Below are positions 30,353 through 42,554 of a stretch of DNA of 64,000 nt, piece by piece. Under the pieces are notes generated by a model that did not search any database, was not told where the DNA came from, and saw only the letters and a list, made by a program, of their open reading frames with translations. Source of the stretch: Myxococcota bacterium (lineage in GTDB: Bacteria; Myxococcota_A; UBA796; CAJQPC01); assembly GCA_036229005.1 (NCBI GenBank), contig JAZAMN010000024.1:160001-224000 (forward strand), in the 5' to 3' direction. Each line of letters starts with the position of its first letter. The first letter of the stretch is position 1. The position numbers and the translations under genes are program-made.

Positions 30353-30967
30353 CTACTCCTGGGGCAGGGCCTCGTCCGCCACCACGTCGATGCCCACGCC
30401 GACCACCTGGGCCAGCTCCTGCGCCTTCTTCTTGAGGTTCAGCTCCTTGCTGTCCTCGTAGACCAGGCGCCGGCCGTCCTTGAGCTCCAGCACGATGGCC
30501 GAGCAGAGCGCGTCCCCCTGGACCCGGCCCTCGTACTGCACCCCCGCGACCTCGCGGAAGCCGATCTCCAGGCGCTCGGGCTCCTCGATGCCCTTGTGGT
30601 GCACGTCGATCTTGATGAGCTCCCGGCCCCCCGCGAGCTGCGTGTAGGCGGTCTGGTCGGGATCGCAGATCTTGAGGACCGCGGGCGGCTCCGGGATGGT
30701 CAGCGCCCCCGGCAGGGTCGCGCTCTGTCCGTCGGGGTTCGCCACGATCACGGTGTGGGCGCCAGCGGCCAGCTCGGGCACGGTGCCCACAAGCTGCACG
30801 GCCCCCTTGAACTCCACGGCCAGATCCTGCCCACCCGCGGTGGCGGTCGCGCCCTGCTGGAAGTCGGCGCCGATCAGCGTCAGGCTGTCGCCGGGCTTGG
30901 CCGTGCCGGGATCCACGGCGCTGAGGGTGGGGGGAGCTGCGGTACAAGCCAGCAACAGAGCGAACAT
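30353..30967 (-). CDS. IPT/TIG-domain lipoprotein
   Basis: MFALLLAC; PTLSAVDP..G..LTLIGADF..VIVANPDG. Confidence 0.75.
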   Translation of the reverse strand: MFALLLACTAAPPTLSAVDPGTAKPGDSLTLIGADFQQGATATAGGQDLAVEFKGAVQLVGTVPELAAGAHTVIVANPDGQSATLPGALTIPEPPAVLKICDPDQTAYTQLAGGRELIKIDVHHKGIEEPERLEIGFREVAGVQYEGRVQGDALCSAIVLELKDGRRLVYEDSKELNLKKKAQELAQVVGVGIDVVADEALPQE

Positions 30968-31006
30968 GAGGCCTCCAAGGCACAAACATAGCGAATAGGG
31001 GATCCC

Positions 31007-32643
<1,637 letters not shown>

Positions 32644-32647
<4 letters not shown>

Positions 32648-33651
32648 AGCCCGTCGACCTGCGCTCGGACACCGTCACCAAGCCCACGCCCCAGATGCTG
32701 GAGGCCATGTTCTCCGCCCAGGTGGGGGACGATGTCCTGGGCGACGACCCCTCGGTCATCGCGCTGGAGCGGGAGGCTGCGCGGCTTGCGGGTATGGAAG
32801 CCGCTCTGTTCACACCGTCCGGGACGATGGCCAATCAGATCGCCATCCGATGCCACACCCAGCCCGGCGACGAGGTCATCATGGAGGAGGGGGCCCACCC
32901 CTACCACTACGAGGCCGGCGCCGCGGCGGTGATCAGCGGGGTGCAGATCCGCCTGGTCAAGGGGCGCGCCGGGGTCCTGGATCCCGACACCCTGTTCGCC
33001 GCGGTGCGCCCGGAGAACGTGCACTTTGCGCCGGCCTCGCTGATCTGCGTGGAGAACACGGCCAACCGCGGGGGCGGCACGGTCTACCCCCAGGGCATCC
33101 TGGACGCCATCGGCCGGGGGGCCCGGGAGCGCGGCCTCAAGGCCCACATGGACGGCGCCCGGGTGTTCAACGCGGTGGTGGCCAGCGGCCAGCCCCTGAG
33201 CCGGGTGCTCCAGGAGTTCGACTCCGTGGCCTTCTGCCTGAGCAAGGGCCTGGGCGCGCCGGTGGGCAGCATCCTGGCGGGCTCCGCGGAGATGATCCAC
33301 ACCGCCCGGAGGGTGCGGAAGCTGCTGGGCGGTGGGATGCGCCAGGCGGGATACCTTGCGGCCGCCGGAAGCTACGCGCTGGAGCATCACGTGCTCCGCC
33401 TGGCCGACGATCACGAGCGCGCGCAGCGCCTGGCGCAGGGGCTCGCGGAGCTGGGCTTTGGGGTGAACGTCCCGGACACCAACATGGTGTACGTCGAGCT
33501 GCCGGACGCTCACGCGGCCCAGGCGCAACTGGAGGCCCTGGGGGTCCACTGCATCGCGATCCGGGACGACGCGATTCGCTTGGTGACGCACCTGGATGTG
33601 GACGATGCGGGGATCAGCCGGGCGCTCGAGGGCTTCGCTGGACTCCGGTGA
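32644..33651 (+). CDS. ltaE: Low-specificity L-threonine aldolase
   Basis: [44 protein letters not shown]. Confidence 0.95.
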
Positions 33652-33775
33652 GCTTGGGGATTCGCTGAGTTGAGGCGAGTGCGGAGTCACCCAGCCGCAC
33701 CTCGCCAGAGCAGAAGAGCCCCACCAGATGGCGGGGCTCCCAGTCACCCCGAGGGGTGAGCTACGCGGTGTCGCG

Positions 33776-35317
33776 TCAGTCGCAGTTGGCCTTCCCTGCG
33801 TAGGAGACCTTGACCACGTCGCCACCCTCGGGGATGTCCGAGGTGAACACCACGGTGTTGCTGGGCTCGTCGTAGTACCAGCCGCCGGTGCGCTCGACGT
33901 CGTTGACCAGGACCACGATGGTGGCCTCGACGGGGGTCGCCTGCAGCTCGTAGGTGTCCACGGAGACCGAGGCCTTGGCCAGGCTGCTCATGTAGGAGGA
34001 CCAGGAGCTCGCGCAGATGCTCAGGAACTCACCGCCGGTGGCGTTGACGGCGTCGTAGTAGCCGGTGCCAGGGTCGGCGGAGCCACAGCCGCTGGGGTAG
34101 TCACCCACGATGGCGGAGAGCTTGACGAGGCTGCTGCTGCCCTTGGCGGCCTGGATGCGGGAGACGTAGTTGCTCCAGCTCCCGCTGCTCTGCTCGGGCT
34201 CGTCGCTGACCATGATGACGTGCAGCAGGGCGCCGTCGCGCATGAAGCCGGCGTTGCAGCCCGTGACGGACTTCTCGGTGCCCAGGGCTGCCAGGGTCAG
34301 CAGGGACTCGGTGTAGGAGCTGCCGCTACCGGCCTTGGCCGCGGTGGCGAACTTGCTCTCGTAGCCCGAGGTGGTGGGCTTGAGGATGCCGGCGGTGTTG
34401 TTCTTGCAGCCGTCGTCCCCACCGATGACCATGACGTGCCAGTCGTTGGTGTAGGTGTCCAGGTTCTGGATGAAGTAGGAGAAGTTGTTGGCCAGGCGGG
34501 CCTGGTCGTCGTCCATCGAGCAGGAGTTGTCCACCAGGAACATGATGTCGGTGGGCGGATCGAAGGGGACGGTCCACTTCTCCTTGTACTCGGCGGTGTA
34601 GCGGCCCTCGCCCTCGGCGATGCCGGTGTGCACGCCCGCGGGGTCGTCGGCCTCGACCGTGAACTCGCCGGTGTAGGCGACCTCCTCCAGCGGGTCGAAC
34701 CAGATGCTGACCTCGGCGGACTCACCGGGGGCCAGGGTGAGGGGGAGGCTCAGGCCGTGATCCAGGCCGAAGTCGGAGGTGCCGAAGTCGTTGATCGCGG
34801 TGACCTGGAGGCTGTCGGTGCCGACGTTCTCAAGGGTGATGGGCACCTCTTGGTCGCAGCCGACGTAGGTCTTGCCGAAGTCGTAGGGGTTGGGGGAGAT
34901 CTGCAGCTCGGGGACAAGGCCGCCGCCCAGCAGATCGACGGTGGCCTTGGGCACCTGCGCGTCGTTGCTGGAGATGATGGCCAGGGTCTCCTGAGCGACC
35001 CCGTGGGGGGTGAAGTCGACCTCGATGGTCTCGGCGGCTCCCGCGGGCAGCACGAACTCGAGGCTCTCGTTCAGGATGGTGAAGCCGCCGGAGCCGGCGC
35101 CGAGGGTGATCCCGGAGACCTCCAGCTCACCGCCGCAGTCGTTGATCACATCGAAGCTCTTGGTGACGTGCTCGTCGCGGGCGAGCTCGCCGAAGTTCAG
35201 GACCTCGGGGGTCACCACGATGCAGGGATCGTTGGCTCCGTACCCGTCGTTGTCGGGGGTGAGCTCGTAGTCCTGGGCACAACCCAGGAGGCCCGCGAAG
35301 AGGGCGGCGGTAAACAT
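33776..35317 (-). CDS. Lipoprotein with tandem Ig-like (ASH/choice-of-anchor D-like) domains and vWA domain
   Basis: Lipobox LLGC; two Ig-like repeats; MIDAS-like DNSCSM and VSDEPEQS. Confidence 0.8.
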   Translation of the reverse strand: MFTAALFAGLLGCAQDYELTPDNDGYGANDPCIVVTPEVLNFGELARDEHVTKSFDVINDCGGELEVSGITLGAGSGGFTILNESLEFVLPAGAAETIEVDFTPHGVAQETLAIISSNDAQVPKATVDLLGGGLVPELQISPNPYDFGKTYVGCDQEVPITLENVGTDSLQVTAINDFGTSDFGLDHGLSLPLTLAPGESAEVSIWFDPLEEVAYTGEFTVEADDPAGVHTGIAEGEGRYTAEYKEKWTVPFDPPTDIMFLVDNSCSMDDDQARLANNFSYFIQNLDTYTNDWHVMVIGGDDGCKNNTAGILKPTTSGYESKFATAAKAGSGSSYTESLLTLAALGTEKSVTGCNAGFMRDGALLHVIMVSDEPEQSSGSWSNYVSRIQAAKGSSSLVKLSAIVGDYPSGCGSADPGTGYYDAVNATGGEFLSICASSWSSYMSSLAKASVSVDTYELQATPVEATIVVLVNDVERTGGWYYDEPSNTVVFTSDIPEGGDVVKVSYAGKANCD

Positions 35318-35365
35318 CAAGGTGCCTCCGTGGCGCAGGGAGCGCCAGATTCGATCAGGTCCCAG

Positions 35366-35381
35366 AGCAAAATGCATGCCG
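35366..35381 (-). promoter_or_regulatory. Putative sigma-54 promoter of vWA lipoprotein
   Basis: Minus strand CGGCATGCATTTTGCT = GG-N10-GC, about 50 bp upstream of ATG 35317 with GGAGG RBS. Confidence 0.55.
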
Positions 35382-35533
35382 GACTGGATGTCAAGAACTC
35401 TGTACGCAGGATCCGCCGGTGGTGTGACGCATCTCCACAGTCGCCGGGAGTGTGCGACACACATGTCCCACAACGCAAGAGGGGTGAGGCATCGCTGCCC
35501 CACCCCTTCAGGAGTCGTAAAGGTGCCTGGGGC

Positions 35534-36514
35534 TCAGCCCAGCAGCTCCTTGACGGCCTCGCGCTCACCCAGGAGGTCGTCGGCGCTGGCCTTGATCTTC
35601 TCCTTGGCGAAGTCGCTGTGCTCGATGTCGGTGACGGGGGTGACCTTGCGGTCCTTCACCGTGCAGGGCACCGAGTAGACGATGTCCTTAGGCAGGCCGT
35701 AGTGGCTGCCGTCGCTGTAGAGGCCGATCGAGGCGGTCTCGCCCTCGGCGGTGCCGTGCCACAGGGTGGACATGTGGTCGATGGCGGCGGAGGCGGCGGA
35801 GGCGGCGGAGGAGGCGCCGCGGGCCTCGATGATGGCCTTGCCGCGGGTGGGCACGGTCTTCATGAAGTGCTCGTGGAACCAGCTCTCCTCGATCTGCTCG
35901 GTGACCAGCTTGCCGTTCGCCTTGGCGTGGAAGAAGTCGGGGAACATGGAGGGGGCGTGGTTGCCATAGATCGACATGTTGCTGATCTCGCCGGGGGTCA
36001 CGCCCAGCTTGGTGGCGAGCTGGCTCTTGCCGCGGTTCTCGTCCAGGCGGGTCATCGCGTGGATGCGGTCCTTGGGCAGGTCACCGGCGTTGTGCAGAGC
36101 GATCAGCGCGTTGGTGTTGGCGGGGTTGCCGACCACCAGGGCCTGCAGGTCGTCCGCGGCCTTCATCAGGGCCTTGCCCTGGCCGACGAAGATGGGGCCG
36201 TTGGCGGCGACGAGGTCTGCACGCACCATGCCGGGGCCGCGGGGGCGAGCGCCCACGAGGAAGGCGTGGTTGACGCCGTCGAAGGCGACGTTGGCGTCGT
36301 CGCTGATCTCGATGCCGTGGACCAGCGGGAAGGCGCCGTCCATGAGCTCCATGACCACACCCTCCAGGGCCTTCATGCCCGGGGTGATCTCGAGGAGCTG
36401 CAGGATGATGGGCTGGTCGGGGCCGTAGCAGGAGCCGCAGGCCAGACGGAAGAGCAGGGCGTAGCCGATGTTGCCGGCGGCGCCGGTCACTGCGACGCGG
36501 ATGGGCGCGTTCAT
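35534..36514 (-). CDS. mdh: Malate dehydrogenase
   Basis: [49 protein letters not shown]. Confidence 0.96.
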   Translation of the reverse strand: MNAPIRVAVTGAAGNIGYALLFRLACGSCYGPDQPIILQLLEITPGMKALEGVVMELMDGAFPLVHGIEISDDANVAFDGVNHAFLVGARPRGPGMVRADLVAANGPIFVGQGKALMKAADDLQALVVGNPANTNALIALHNAGDLPKDRIHAMTRLDENRGKSQLATKLGVTPGEISNMSIYGNHAPSMFPDFFHAKANGKLVTEQIEESWFHEHFMKTVPTRGKAIIEARGASSAASAASAAIDHMSTLWHGTAEGETASIGLYSDGSHYGLPKDIVYSVPCTVKDRKVTPVTDIEHSDFAKEKIKASADDLLGEREAVKELLG

Positions 36515-36604
36515 GGAGTCACTCCAGTTGGATGAAGGGCAGGTGTGGAGGCCTAACCAAGTGCGGGGGGCTTGACTGCCACAGGGCTGTTTCGATGCAG
36601 GGGC

Positions 36605-37285
36605 TCAGATCCCCAGGAACTGGATGGCCAATCCGCTGGCCAGGATGGCGCCGCCAGCGGCCAGGTTGCCGTAGCGCTCGACGCGCTTGATGGCGACGAG
36701 CTTGAGGCCCAGGAACCCGATGGTGGCCATGCCCAGCATGGTCCCGATGGTGGCCAGGGAGAAGAGCCCCGCGACCTGGGCGACCAGGGCCCAGTCCTGT
36801 TCGTAGGCGGGGGCCATGAGCACGGGGATCAGGGGCTCGCAGGGGCCCAGCACGAACACGATGAAGATGCCCCAGAAGCTCATGGAGGCGTCCGGGCCGT
36901 GGTCGTGACTGTGTCCGTCCTCGGGCTCCTTCCAGAGCTTGCGGGCGGCCCAGGCCATGTAGACCAGGCCGAAGGCGATCAGGCCCCAGGCCGCGAGGTT
37001 CCCGCGCACCCCCTCGATCCACTCGAGCTGGGTCAGGGCGGTGCCCAGGGCGATGCCGACGAAGCCCAGGCCGATGCTGCCCACGACGTGTCCGAGCCCG
37101 CAGGCTGCGGTGATGCGGAGCACCTTGGCCAGGGGCCACTTGCGGGCGCGGCCGAGCACGATGAAGGGCAGGTAGTGATCCACGCCGATGAAGGTGTGCA
37201 CCAGCGCCACGCTCAGGGCCGCGGCCAGCAGGGGGGCACGGGCGGGGTCTGCGAAGGCGGTCAGGGGGATCACAGGAAGGTACAC
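36605..37285 (-). CDS. Nickel transporter-like membrane protein (UreH/NiCoT-related)
   Basis: HTFIGVDH, His-rich loop, LGPCEPLIP; downstream of sodN-sodX; start uncertain. Confidence 0.8.
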   Translation of the reverse strand: MYLPVIPLTAFADPARAPLLAAALSVALVHTFIGVDHYLPFIVLGRARKWPLAKVLRITAACGLGHVVGSIGLGFVGIALGTALTQLEWIEGVRGNLAAWGLIAFGLVYMAWAARKLWKEPEDGHSHDHGPDASMSFWGIFIVFVLGPCEPLIPVLMAPAYEQDWALVAQVAGLFSLATIGTMLGMATIGFLGLKLVAIKRVERYGNLAAGGAILASGLAIQFLGI

Positions 37286-37620
37286 ACCACGCGCCCGCGG
37301 AGGCGCTCAAGGGGAAGGGGGCCGTAGTGACGGCTGTCGGTGCTCTGCGCGGGGTTGTCCCCCAGGAGCTCGACCCCGTGGGGATCGATTCGGGACACGC
37401 GCTTGATCACCAACAGGTCCTGGTGCGGATGCTGGGCCAGGACCAGATCCCCGGCGCGAGGGGCCGCGCGGGGGTCCACCAGCACGGTCTCGCCGGGCTG
37501 GAGGGTGGGCAGCATGCTGGGACCGGAGACCCGCACGCGGCGGAGTCGCCCCAGTGCCCAGAGCAGCAGGTGCCGACCCCGGGAGGACGGCACCGCTGGA
37601 GCTTGGGGTGTCTGACTCAC
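37270..37620 (-). CDS. sodX: Ni-SOD maturation protease (S26 family)
   Basis: VSGPSMLPTL, IKRV, GDNP..STDSRHYG. Confidence 0.9.
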   Translation of the reverse strand: MSQTPQAPAVPSSRGRHLLLWALGRLRRVRVSGPSMLPTLQPGETVLVDPRAAPRAGDLVLAQHPHQDLLVIKRVSRIDPHGVELLGDNPAQSTDSRHYGPLPLERLRGRVVCTFL

Positions 37621-37681
37621 GCGCCAAGCCAGCGCGTGGGGACAGACGCACGGTCGCCAGAGCGGCTCACCGTGGGGCGCC

Positions 37682-38155
37682 TCAGGAGGCGGTGTACCAG
37701 GCGATGTCGCGGTTCTTGGTCTTCCAGAACAGCTCGTGGATCTGCTGGACGTAGTTCATCACGTTCTGGGCGTGCTCCAGGGAGCACTCGACCTTGGCGT
37801 AGGAGAGCTCCTTGGTGGCCTTCCAGATCAGGTCGTGCAGCTCGGGGTGCGCCTCGAGGTGGGGGGGCTTGAAGTAGTCGGTCCACAGCACCAGGATCTC
37901 GTCCTTGGCGATGGTGGCCTGCTCCTCCTTGATGGCCACGTAGCGCGCGAAGGTGTTGTGGTACTTGACCACAGCGGCCTTGTCGGAGGGGTCCGGGACC
38001 TCGAGAGCCAGCAGCTTCTTGGTCATGGACAGCACGGCCTCGGCGGCGATGCGGGCGGAGGCGGGGTCGTAGACGCCGCAGGGGCCGTCGCAGTGTGCGT
38101 GGGCGGTGGTGGCGGGGAGGGCCTTGTCCAGGCCAGCGAGCAGACGCTTGATCAT
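37682..38155 (-). CDS. sodN: Nickel superoxide dismutase
   Basis: Ni-hook [11 protein letters not shown] after propeptide; LWTDYFKP. Confidence 0.97.
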   Translation of the reverse strand: MIKRLLAGLDKALPATTAHAHCDGPCGVYDPASARIAAEAVLSMTKKLLALEVPDPSDKAAVVKYHNTFARYVAIKEEQATIAKDEILVLWTDYFKPPHLEAHPELHDLIWKATKELSYAKVECSLEHAQNVMNYVQQIHELFWKTKNRDIAWYTAS

Positions 38156-38271
38156 GTGGGGTGCTCCAGTTGGGGCGGTTTGACTGCCAGAGCCTATCGG
38201 TAGAGTCGGACCTGTCAAGGCGGCCAGCCGCCGGGGTGGGACGGGTTAGGTCGCCCCTGCTGGAGGCTTGC

Positions 38272-39036
38272 ATGTTGAAGCTGGGTGAACTCGAGTTGTC
38301 CGAGCGGCTGATCCTGGGAACGGGCAAATACCCGAGCTTCTCGGTGATGCAGGCCTGCCACCAGGCGGGGCGCACCCAGCTCGTCACGCTGGCGATCCGG
38401 CGGGTGGATCTCAACGCCGGTCCTGCCGAATCCATCATGGGGTACATCGACCGCGCGCGCATCCACCTGCTGCCCAACACCGCGGGCTGCTACACGGCCG
38501 AAGAGGCCATCGTGACCGCGCGCCTGGCCCGCGAGCTGCTGGGAACGAGCCTGCTCAAGCTGGAGGTCATCGGCTGCCCCCGGACGCTCTTCCCCGACGC
38601 CGAGGGGACTCTGGAGGCCGCGCGCGTGTTGGTGGCGGAAGGCTTCACCGTGCTCCCCTACGTCCAGGCGGATCCTGTGCTGTGTCAGCGCCTGGAGGAC
38701 CTGGGCTGCGCGGCCGTGATGCCCCTGGCCGCCCCCATCGGCTCCGGGCTGGGCGTCCGCAACCCGGAGAACCTGCGCATCATCCGGGAGCTCGTCTCCT
38801 GTCCGATGATCGTCGACGCCGGGATCGGCACCGCGTCGGACGCCGCACAGGCCATGGAGCTCGGCGCGGACGCTGTCTTGATGAACACCGCGGTCGCGGC
38901 CGCGGACGACCCCGTCAAGATGGCCTCCGCCATGGCCCACGCCGTCGAGGCGGGCCGCCTGGCCTTCGAGGCGGGCCGCATGCCCCGCAAGCTCTACGCC
39001 TCCGCGAGCTCCCCCGAGACGGGGCTGATCCGCTGA
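38272..39036 (+). CDS. thiG: Thiazole synthase
   Basis: [34 protein letters not shown]. Confidence 0.97.
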   Translation: MLKLGELELSERLILGTGKYPSFSVMQACHQAGRTQLVTLAIRRVDLNAGPAESIMGYIDRARIHLLPNTAGCYTAEEAIVTARLARELLGTSLLKLEVIGCPRTLFPDAEGTLEAARVLVAEGFTVLPYVQADPVLCQRLEDLGCAAVMPLAAPIGSGLGVRNPENLRIIRELVSCPMIVDAGIGTASDAAQAMELGADAVLMNTAVAAADDPVKMASAMAHAVEAGRLAFEAGRMPRKLYASASSPETGLIR

Positions 39037-39638
39037 GCGCCCCCCGCCTGCTGGTCCTCACCCCGGGGACGCTTCGGGGGGAAGAGGAGGAGCTGCAGGT
39101 CCTGCTCCGGGTGCTGGGATCCACCGCTGCACACCTGCTCTTTCGGGAGCCCTCGCTGGATCCGGGCACCAGCGAGGACTGGCTGAGGCGCCTTGGGGTC
39201 GCAGGCGTTCGTCCCATCGTGCACGAGCGCTGCCCGGATGGGGAGTCGCTGGCCGAGCGGCTGGGGCTCCCGCTTCACCAACGCGCCAGCAGCTCCCGGG
39301 CGCCGGATACAGAACGCGTGACCTCGTTCTCGCGGAGCTGTCACAGTGTGGAGGAGTGCCAGGATGCGCAGCGGTGTGGGGCGGCGTTCGTGCTGCTATC
39401 GCCTGTCTTCCCCCCCTCCTCCAAGCCCCTGGACAGACGCCAGACGCTGGGGATCTCGGGGCTGGTCGCTGCGCAGGACGCGCTGGAGATTCCGGTGCTG
39501 GGCCTGGGGGGCATCACGCCGGAGCGGGCCTCCCGGATCCGCGCAGCGGGTGGGTTCGGGGTCGCGGTTCTGGGGGGAGTCTGGGCCGAACCTGCTCCCA
39601 AGGTGCGACTTCTTGACCTGTTGAAGGCCACGGGCTGA
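39033..39638 (+). CDS. thiE: Thiamine-phosphate synthase / TenI-like protein
   Basis: [33 protein letters not shown]-terminal strand PRLLVLT requires CTG start overlapping thiG stop. Confidence 0.7.
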   Translation: MSAPRLLVLTPGTLRGEEEELQVLLRVLGSTAAHLLFREPSLDPGTSEDWLRRLGVAGVRPIVHERCPDGESLAERLGLPLHQRASSSRAPDTERVTSFSRSCHSVEECQDAQRCGAAFVLLSPVFPPSSKPLDRRQTLGISGLVAAQDALEIPVLGLGGITPERASRIRAAGGFGVAVLGGVWAEPAPKVRLLDLLKATG

Positions 39639-39671
39639 GCGCTTAGATCAGGGGGCTTCTGGAGAAAGCCC

Positions 39672-40727
39672 ATGACCTTCCTTTTGATGATTGCCTGCTC
39701 TGGGGCCCCCGAGCCCGAGACCCCCGTTGAACCCGCAGAGGCCGAGCCGCAGGTCGACCCGCTGGCCAAGGAGCTGCTGCCCAAGGCCCAGGGCTCCTTC
39801 AAGGCGCTGCCCGAGCGCATGGACGGCGAGACCCCCGCGACCCAGGCGCAGATCGACCTGGGGCGGCAGCTCTACTACGACGCCCGACTGTCCAAGAACC
39901 AGGACGTGAGCTGCAACAGCTGCCACCAGCTTGACGGCTACGGCGTCGACGGTGAGCCCACCAGCCCTGGCCACAAGGGCCAGCGCGGCGACCGCAACTC
40001 GCCCACCAGCTTCAACGCGGCCGTGCACATCGCTCAGTTCTGGGACGGGCGCGCGGCGACGGTGGAAGAGCAGGCCAAGGGCCCCGTGCTCAACCCCGTC
40101 GAGATGGCCATGCCGGACGAGGCCTCCGTGGTCGCGGTGCTCAAGAGCATCCCCGAGTACGAGACCGCGTTCAAGGCCGCCTTCCCCGACGCGGAAGACC
40201 CCATCACCTACGACAACATGGCCGCTGCCATCGGCGCCTTCGAGCGGGGACTGGTGACCCCGGCGCCCATCGATGCCTACCTGGGCGGGGACCTGGCCGC
40301 GCTGAGCACCGAGGAGCTCAAGGGCATGCAGACCTTCCTGGAGGTGGGCTGCCAGACCTGCCACATGGGCGTGGCCATCGGCGGCACCCAGTACCGGAAG
40401 CTCGGCGAGCGCGTGCCCTTCGAGACCGAGGACAAGGGCCTGGGCGCGCTCAAGGGCGACCCCAACCAGGACTTCATGTTCAAGGTGCCCAGCCTGCGGA
40501 ACATCGAGAAGACCGGCCCGTACTTCCACGACGGCAGCGTCGCGACCTTGAGCGAGGCGGTCACCCTGATGGGCAAGCACCAGCTTGACGTGGAGCTCAG
40601 CGAGCAGCAGGTCAGCGAAATCACGACCTTCCTGGGCGCACTCACCGGCTCCGTGGACGCCGAGTACTGCAAGCAGCCCGAGGCCTTCGCCAGCGGCGAG
40701 AAGACCCCGGCGCCCGACCCGAGCTGA
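39672..40727 (+). CDS. Di-heme cytochrome c peroxidase (CcpA/MauG family) lipoprotein
   Basis: CNSCH and [29 protein letters not shown]. Confidence 0.93.
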   Translation: MTFLLMIACSGAPEPETPVEPAEAEPQVDPLAKELLPKAQGSFKALPERMDGETPATQAQIDLGRQLYYDARLSKNQDVSCNSCHQLDGYGVDGEPTSPGHKGQRGDRNSPTSFNAAVHIAQFWDGRAATVEEQAKGPVLNPVEMAMPDEASVVAVLKSIPEYETAFKAAFPDAEDPITYDNMAAAIGAFERGLVTPAPIDAYLGGDLAALSTEELKGMQTFLEVGCQTCHMGVAIGGTQYRKLGERVPFETEDKGLGALKGDPNQDFMFKVPSLRNIEKTGPYFHDGSVATLSEAVTLMGKHQLDVELSEQQVSEITTFLGALTGSVDAEYCKQPEAFASGEKTPAPDPS

Positions 40728-40751
40728 TCCTGCAGAAGGCTCAGCATCCAG

Positions 40752-40785
40752 CGCCGCGCTCGGGAGACCGGGGGCGGCGTTTTTG
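40752..40785 (+). terminator. Rho-independent terminator
   Basis: CGCCGC..CGG-GAGA-CCG..GCGGCG followed by TTTTT. Confidence 0.6.
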
Positions 40786-40820
40786 CGTCCGGACGCTGGT
40801 GGCAGACCGGGCCAAGGGCG

Positions 40821-41003
40821 GTGAGTGGGCGCTTTTCTTGAGCTAGGGCCCGTGAGTGCGCGCTTTTCTTGAGCTACGGCCCGTGAGTGCGCGCTCAGCG
40901 ACCGACAGGCGCGCACTGAGCCCCCGTAGCTCCGCGAAAGCGCGCACTGAGCCCCCGTAGCTCCGCCAGAGCGCGCACCGAGCCCCCGTAGCTCCCCCAA
41001 AGC
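40821..41003. repeat. 31-bp period array: about 2.4 direct copies then 3 inverted copies
   Basis: GTGAGTGCGCGCTTTTCTTGAGCTACGGCCC units, then GCGCGCACTGAGCCCCCGTAGCTCC units related to their reverse complement. Confidence 0.85.
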
Positions 41004-41008
41004 GGCCC

Positions 41009-42496
41009 TCAGCCGTTCCACCCCGCCCGAATCACCGCCTTCTGCACCTTCCCCATCGCGTTCCGGGGCAGGGCGTCCACGCGCCGCAGCTCCTTGGGGC
41101 ACTTGAAGGCGGCCAGCTCGGCGCGGCAGAAGTCCACCAATGCCGAGGGCTCCGCGTCGCCGACGAACACGCCCACGACCTGCTCGCCCCAGTCCGGGTG
41201 GGGGACGCCGACGATGGCGACCTCGCTGACGCCGGGGTGCTCCAGGAGTATGGTCTCCACCTCTCGCGGGTAGACGTTGAGCCCACCGGTGATGACCATG
41301 TCCCCAGCCCTCCCGACGATCGTGAAGTAGCCGTCGGCGCTCACCGAGCCCAGATCGCCGGTGTGCATCCAGCCGTCGCCGATCGCGGCCTGGGTCTGCT
41401 CGGGGAGGCCCAGGTAGCCGAGCATCACGCTGGGGCCGTGGATGCGGATCTCGCCCACCTGGTCGGGGCCCAGCTCCTGGCCGCTCTCCAGGTCGGTGAC
41501 CTTGGCCTGGGCGTGGGGGAGGGGGAAGCCCACGGTGCCCGCGCGGCGCTCGCCGTCGTAGGGGTTGGAGAGCACGATGCCGACCTCCGACATGCCGTAG
41601 CGCTCCAGGATGCGCAGGCCGGTGCGCTGCTCGAAGGCGCGGTGGACGGCGGCGGGGAGGGGGGCCGAGCCGCTGGTGAACAGGCGCATGGACGACAGGT
41701 CGGCCTGGACCTGGGACTGGAGCAGCCGGTGGTGGAAGGTGGGCACGCCCATGAACACGCTCACCTGGTGGGCCTCGATGGCTCCCCACACCGCGTCGGC
41801 GTCAAAGCGGGGCAGCCACAGGGTCTGCGCGCCGGCCCACAAGGCCACGAACTGGGCGACCACCAGGCCGTGGACGTGGAAGAGGGGGAGGCAGTGGAGC
41901 TGTACGTCCTCTGCGGTCCACCGCCAGGCTTCGTGGAGCCCCTCAATGGCCGCCAGCAGGTTCCCATGCGAGGACAACGCACCCTTGGGCCGCCCCGTGG
42001 TGCCGCTGGTGTAGAGCAGCATGGCCGGGGTCTCCAGCGGCAGTTGGGGCGGGGGCTCAGTGCACGGCGTGGCCATCCTGAGGGCCGTGGGCAGCACGGC
42101 CGCGGGCTCGACGGGGCAGGGCGCGGTGTCCCCAAGCTCGGTGAAGCGCTCGCTCAGGAGCACTGCCCTGCTGGCGCCCGAGTCCTCCAGGGCAAAGCGC
42201 AGCTCCCGCGCGGTGTAGGCGCGGTTCAGGGGGAGGACGGTCAGCCCCTCGGACATGGCGGCCAGGGCCAGCTCCAGCATCGCGGGGTGGCGGGGCATCT
42301 GCAGGGCCAGCGTGTCGCCGCGGCCAAGGCTCCGCTGCCGCAGCCAGGTGCGCGCGCGGTCGATGGACTGGCCGAGCTGCCGGTAGGTCTGGTCCGGGCC
42401 GGGGCTCAGCGGCTGCTCGCTCCAGTCACCGACGAAGCCCACGGCGGGGCGTCCAGGTTCGGTCCAGCGGGCGCGGAGGCGGGCGACCCAGCTCAT
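41009..42496 (-). CDS. Acyl-CoA synthetase (MatB/malonyl-CoA synthetase-like)
   Basis: YTSGTTGRPKG, LPLFHVHGL, ERYGMSE, TGDLG, PRNAMGKVQK. Confidence 0.9.
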   Translation of the reverse strand: MSWVARLRARWTEPGRPAVGFVGDWSEQPLSPGPDQTYRQLGQSIDRARTWLRQRSLGRGDTLALQMPRHPAMLELALAAMSEGLTVLPLNRAYTARELRFALEDSGASRAVLLSERFTELGDTAPCPVEPAAVLPTALRMATPCTEPPPQLPLETPAMLLYTSGTTGRPKGALSSHGNLLAAIEGLHEAWRWTAEDVQLHCLPLFHVHGLVVAQFVALWAGAQTLWLPRFDADAVWGAIEAHQVSVFMGVPTFHHRLLQSQVQADLSSMRLFTSGSAPLPAAVHRAFEQRTGLRILERYGMSEVGIVLSNPYDGERRAGTVGFPLPHAQAKVTDLESGQELGPDQVGEIRIHGPSVMLGYLGLPEQTQAAIGDGWMHTGDLGSVSADGYFTIVGRAGDMVITGGLNVYPREVETILLEHPGVSEVAIVGVPHPDWGEQVVGVFVGDAEPSALVDFCRAELAAFKCPKELRRVDALPRNAMGKVQKAVIRAGWNG

Positions 42497-42554
42497 GGGC
42501 ATCTCCTTTGGGGACACAGGTCCTTTGGGGACACAGGGATAACGCCCGCGCAGG

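Noticed and set aside
36605..38155. sodN-sodX-Ni transporter as a novel system
   Set aside because: Well-described Ni-SOD gene arrangement
38156..38271. TPP riboswitch upstream of thiG
   Set aside because: No CTGAGA...CCTGA core, and the divergent gap is short
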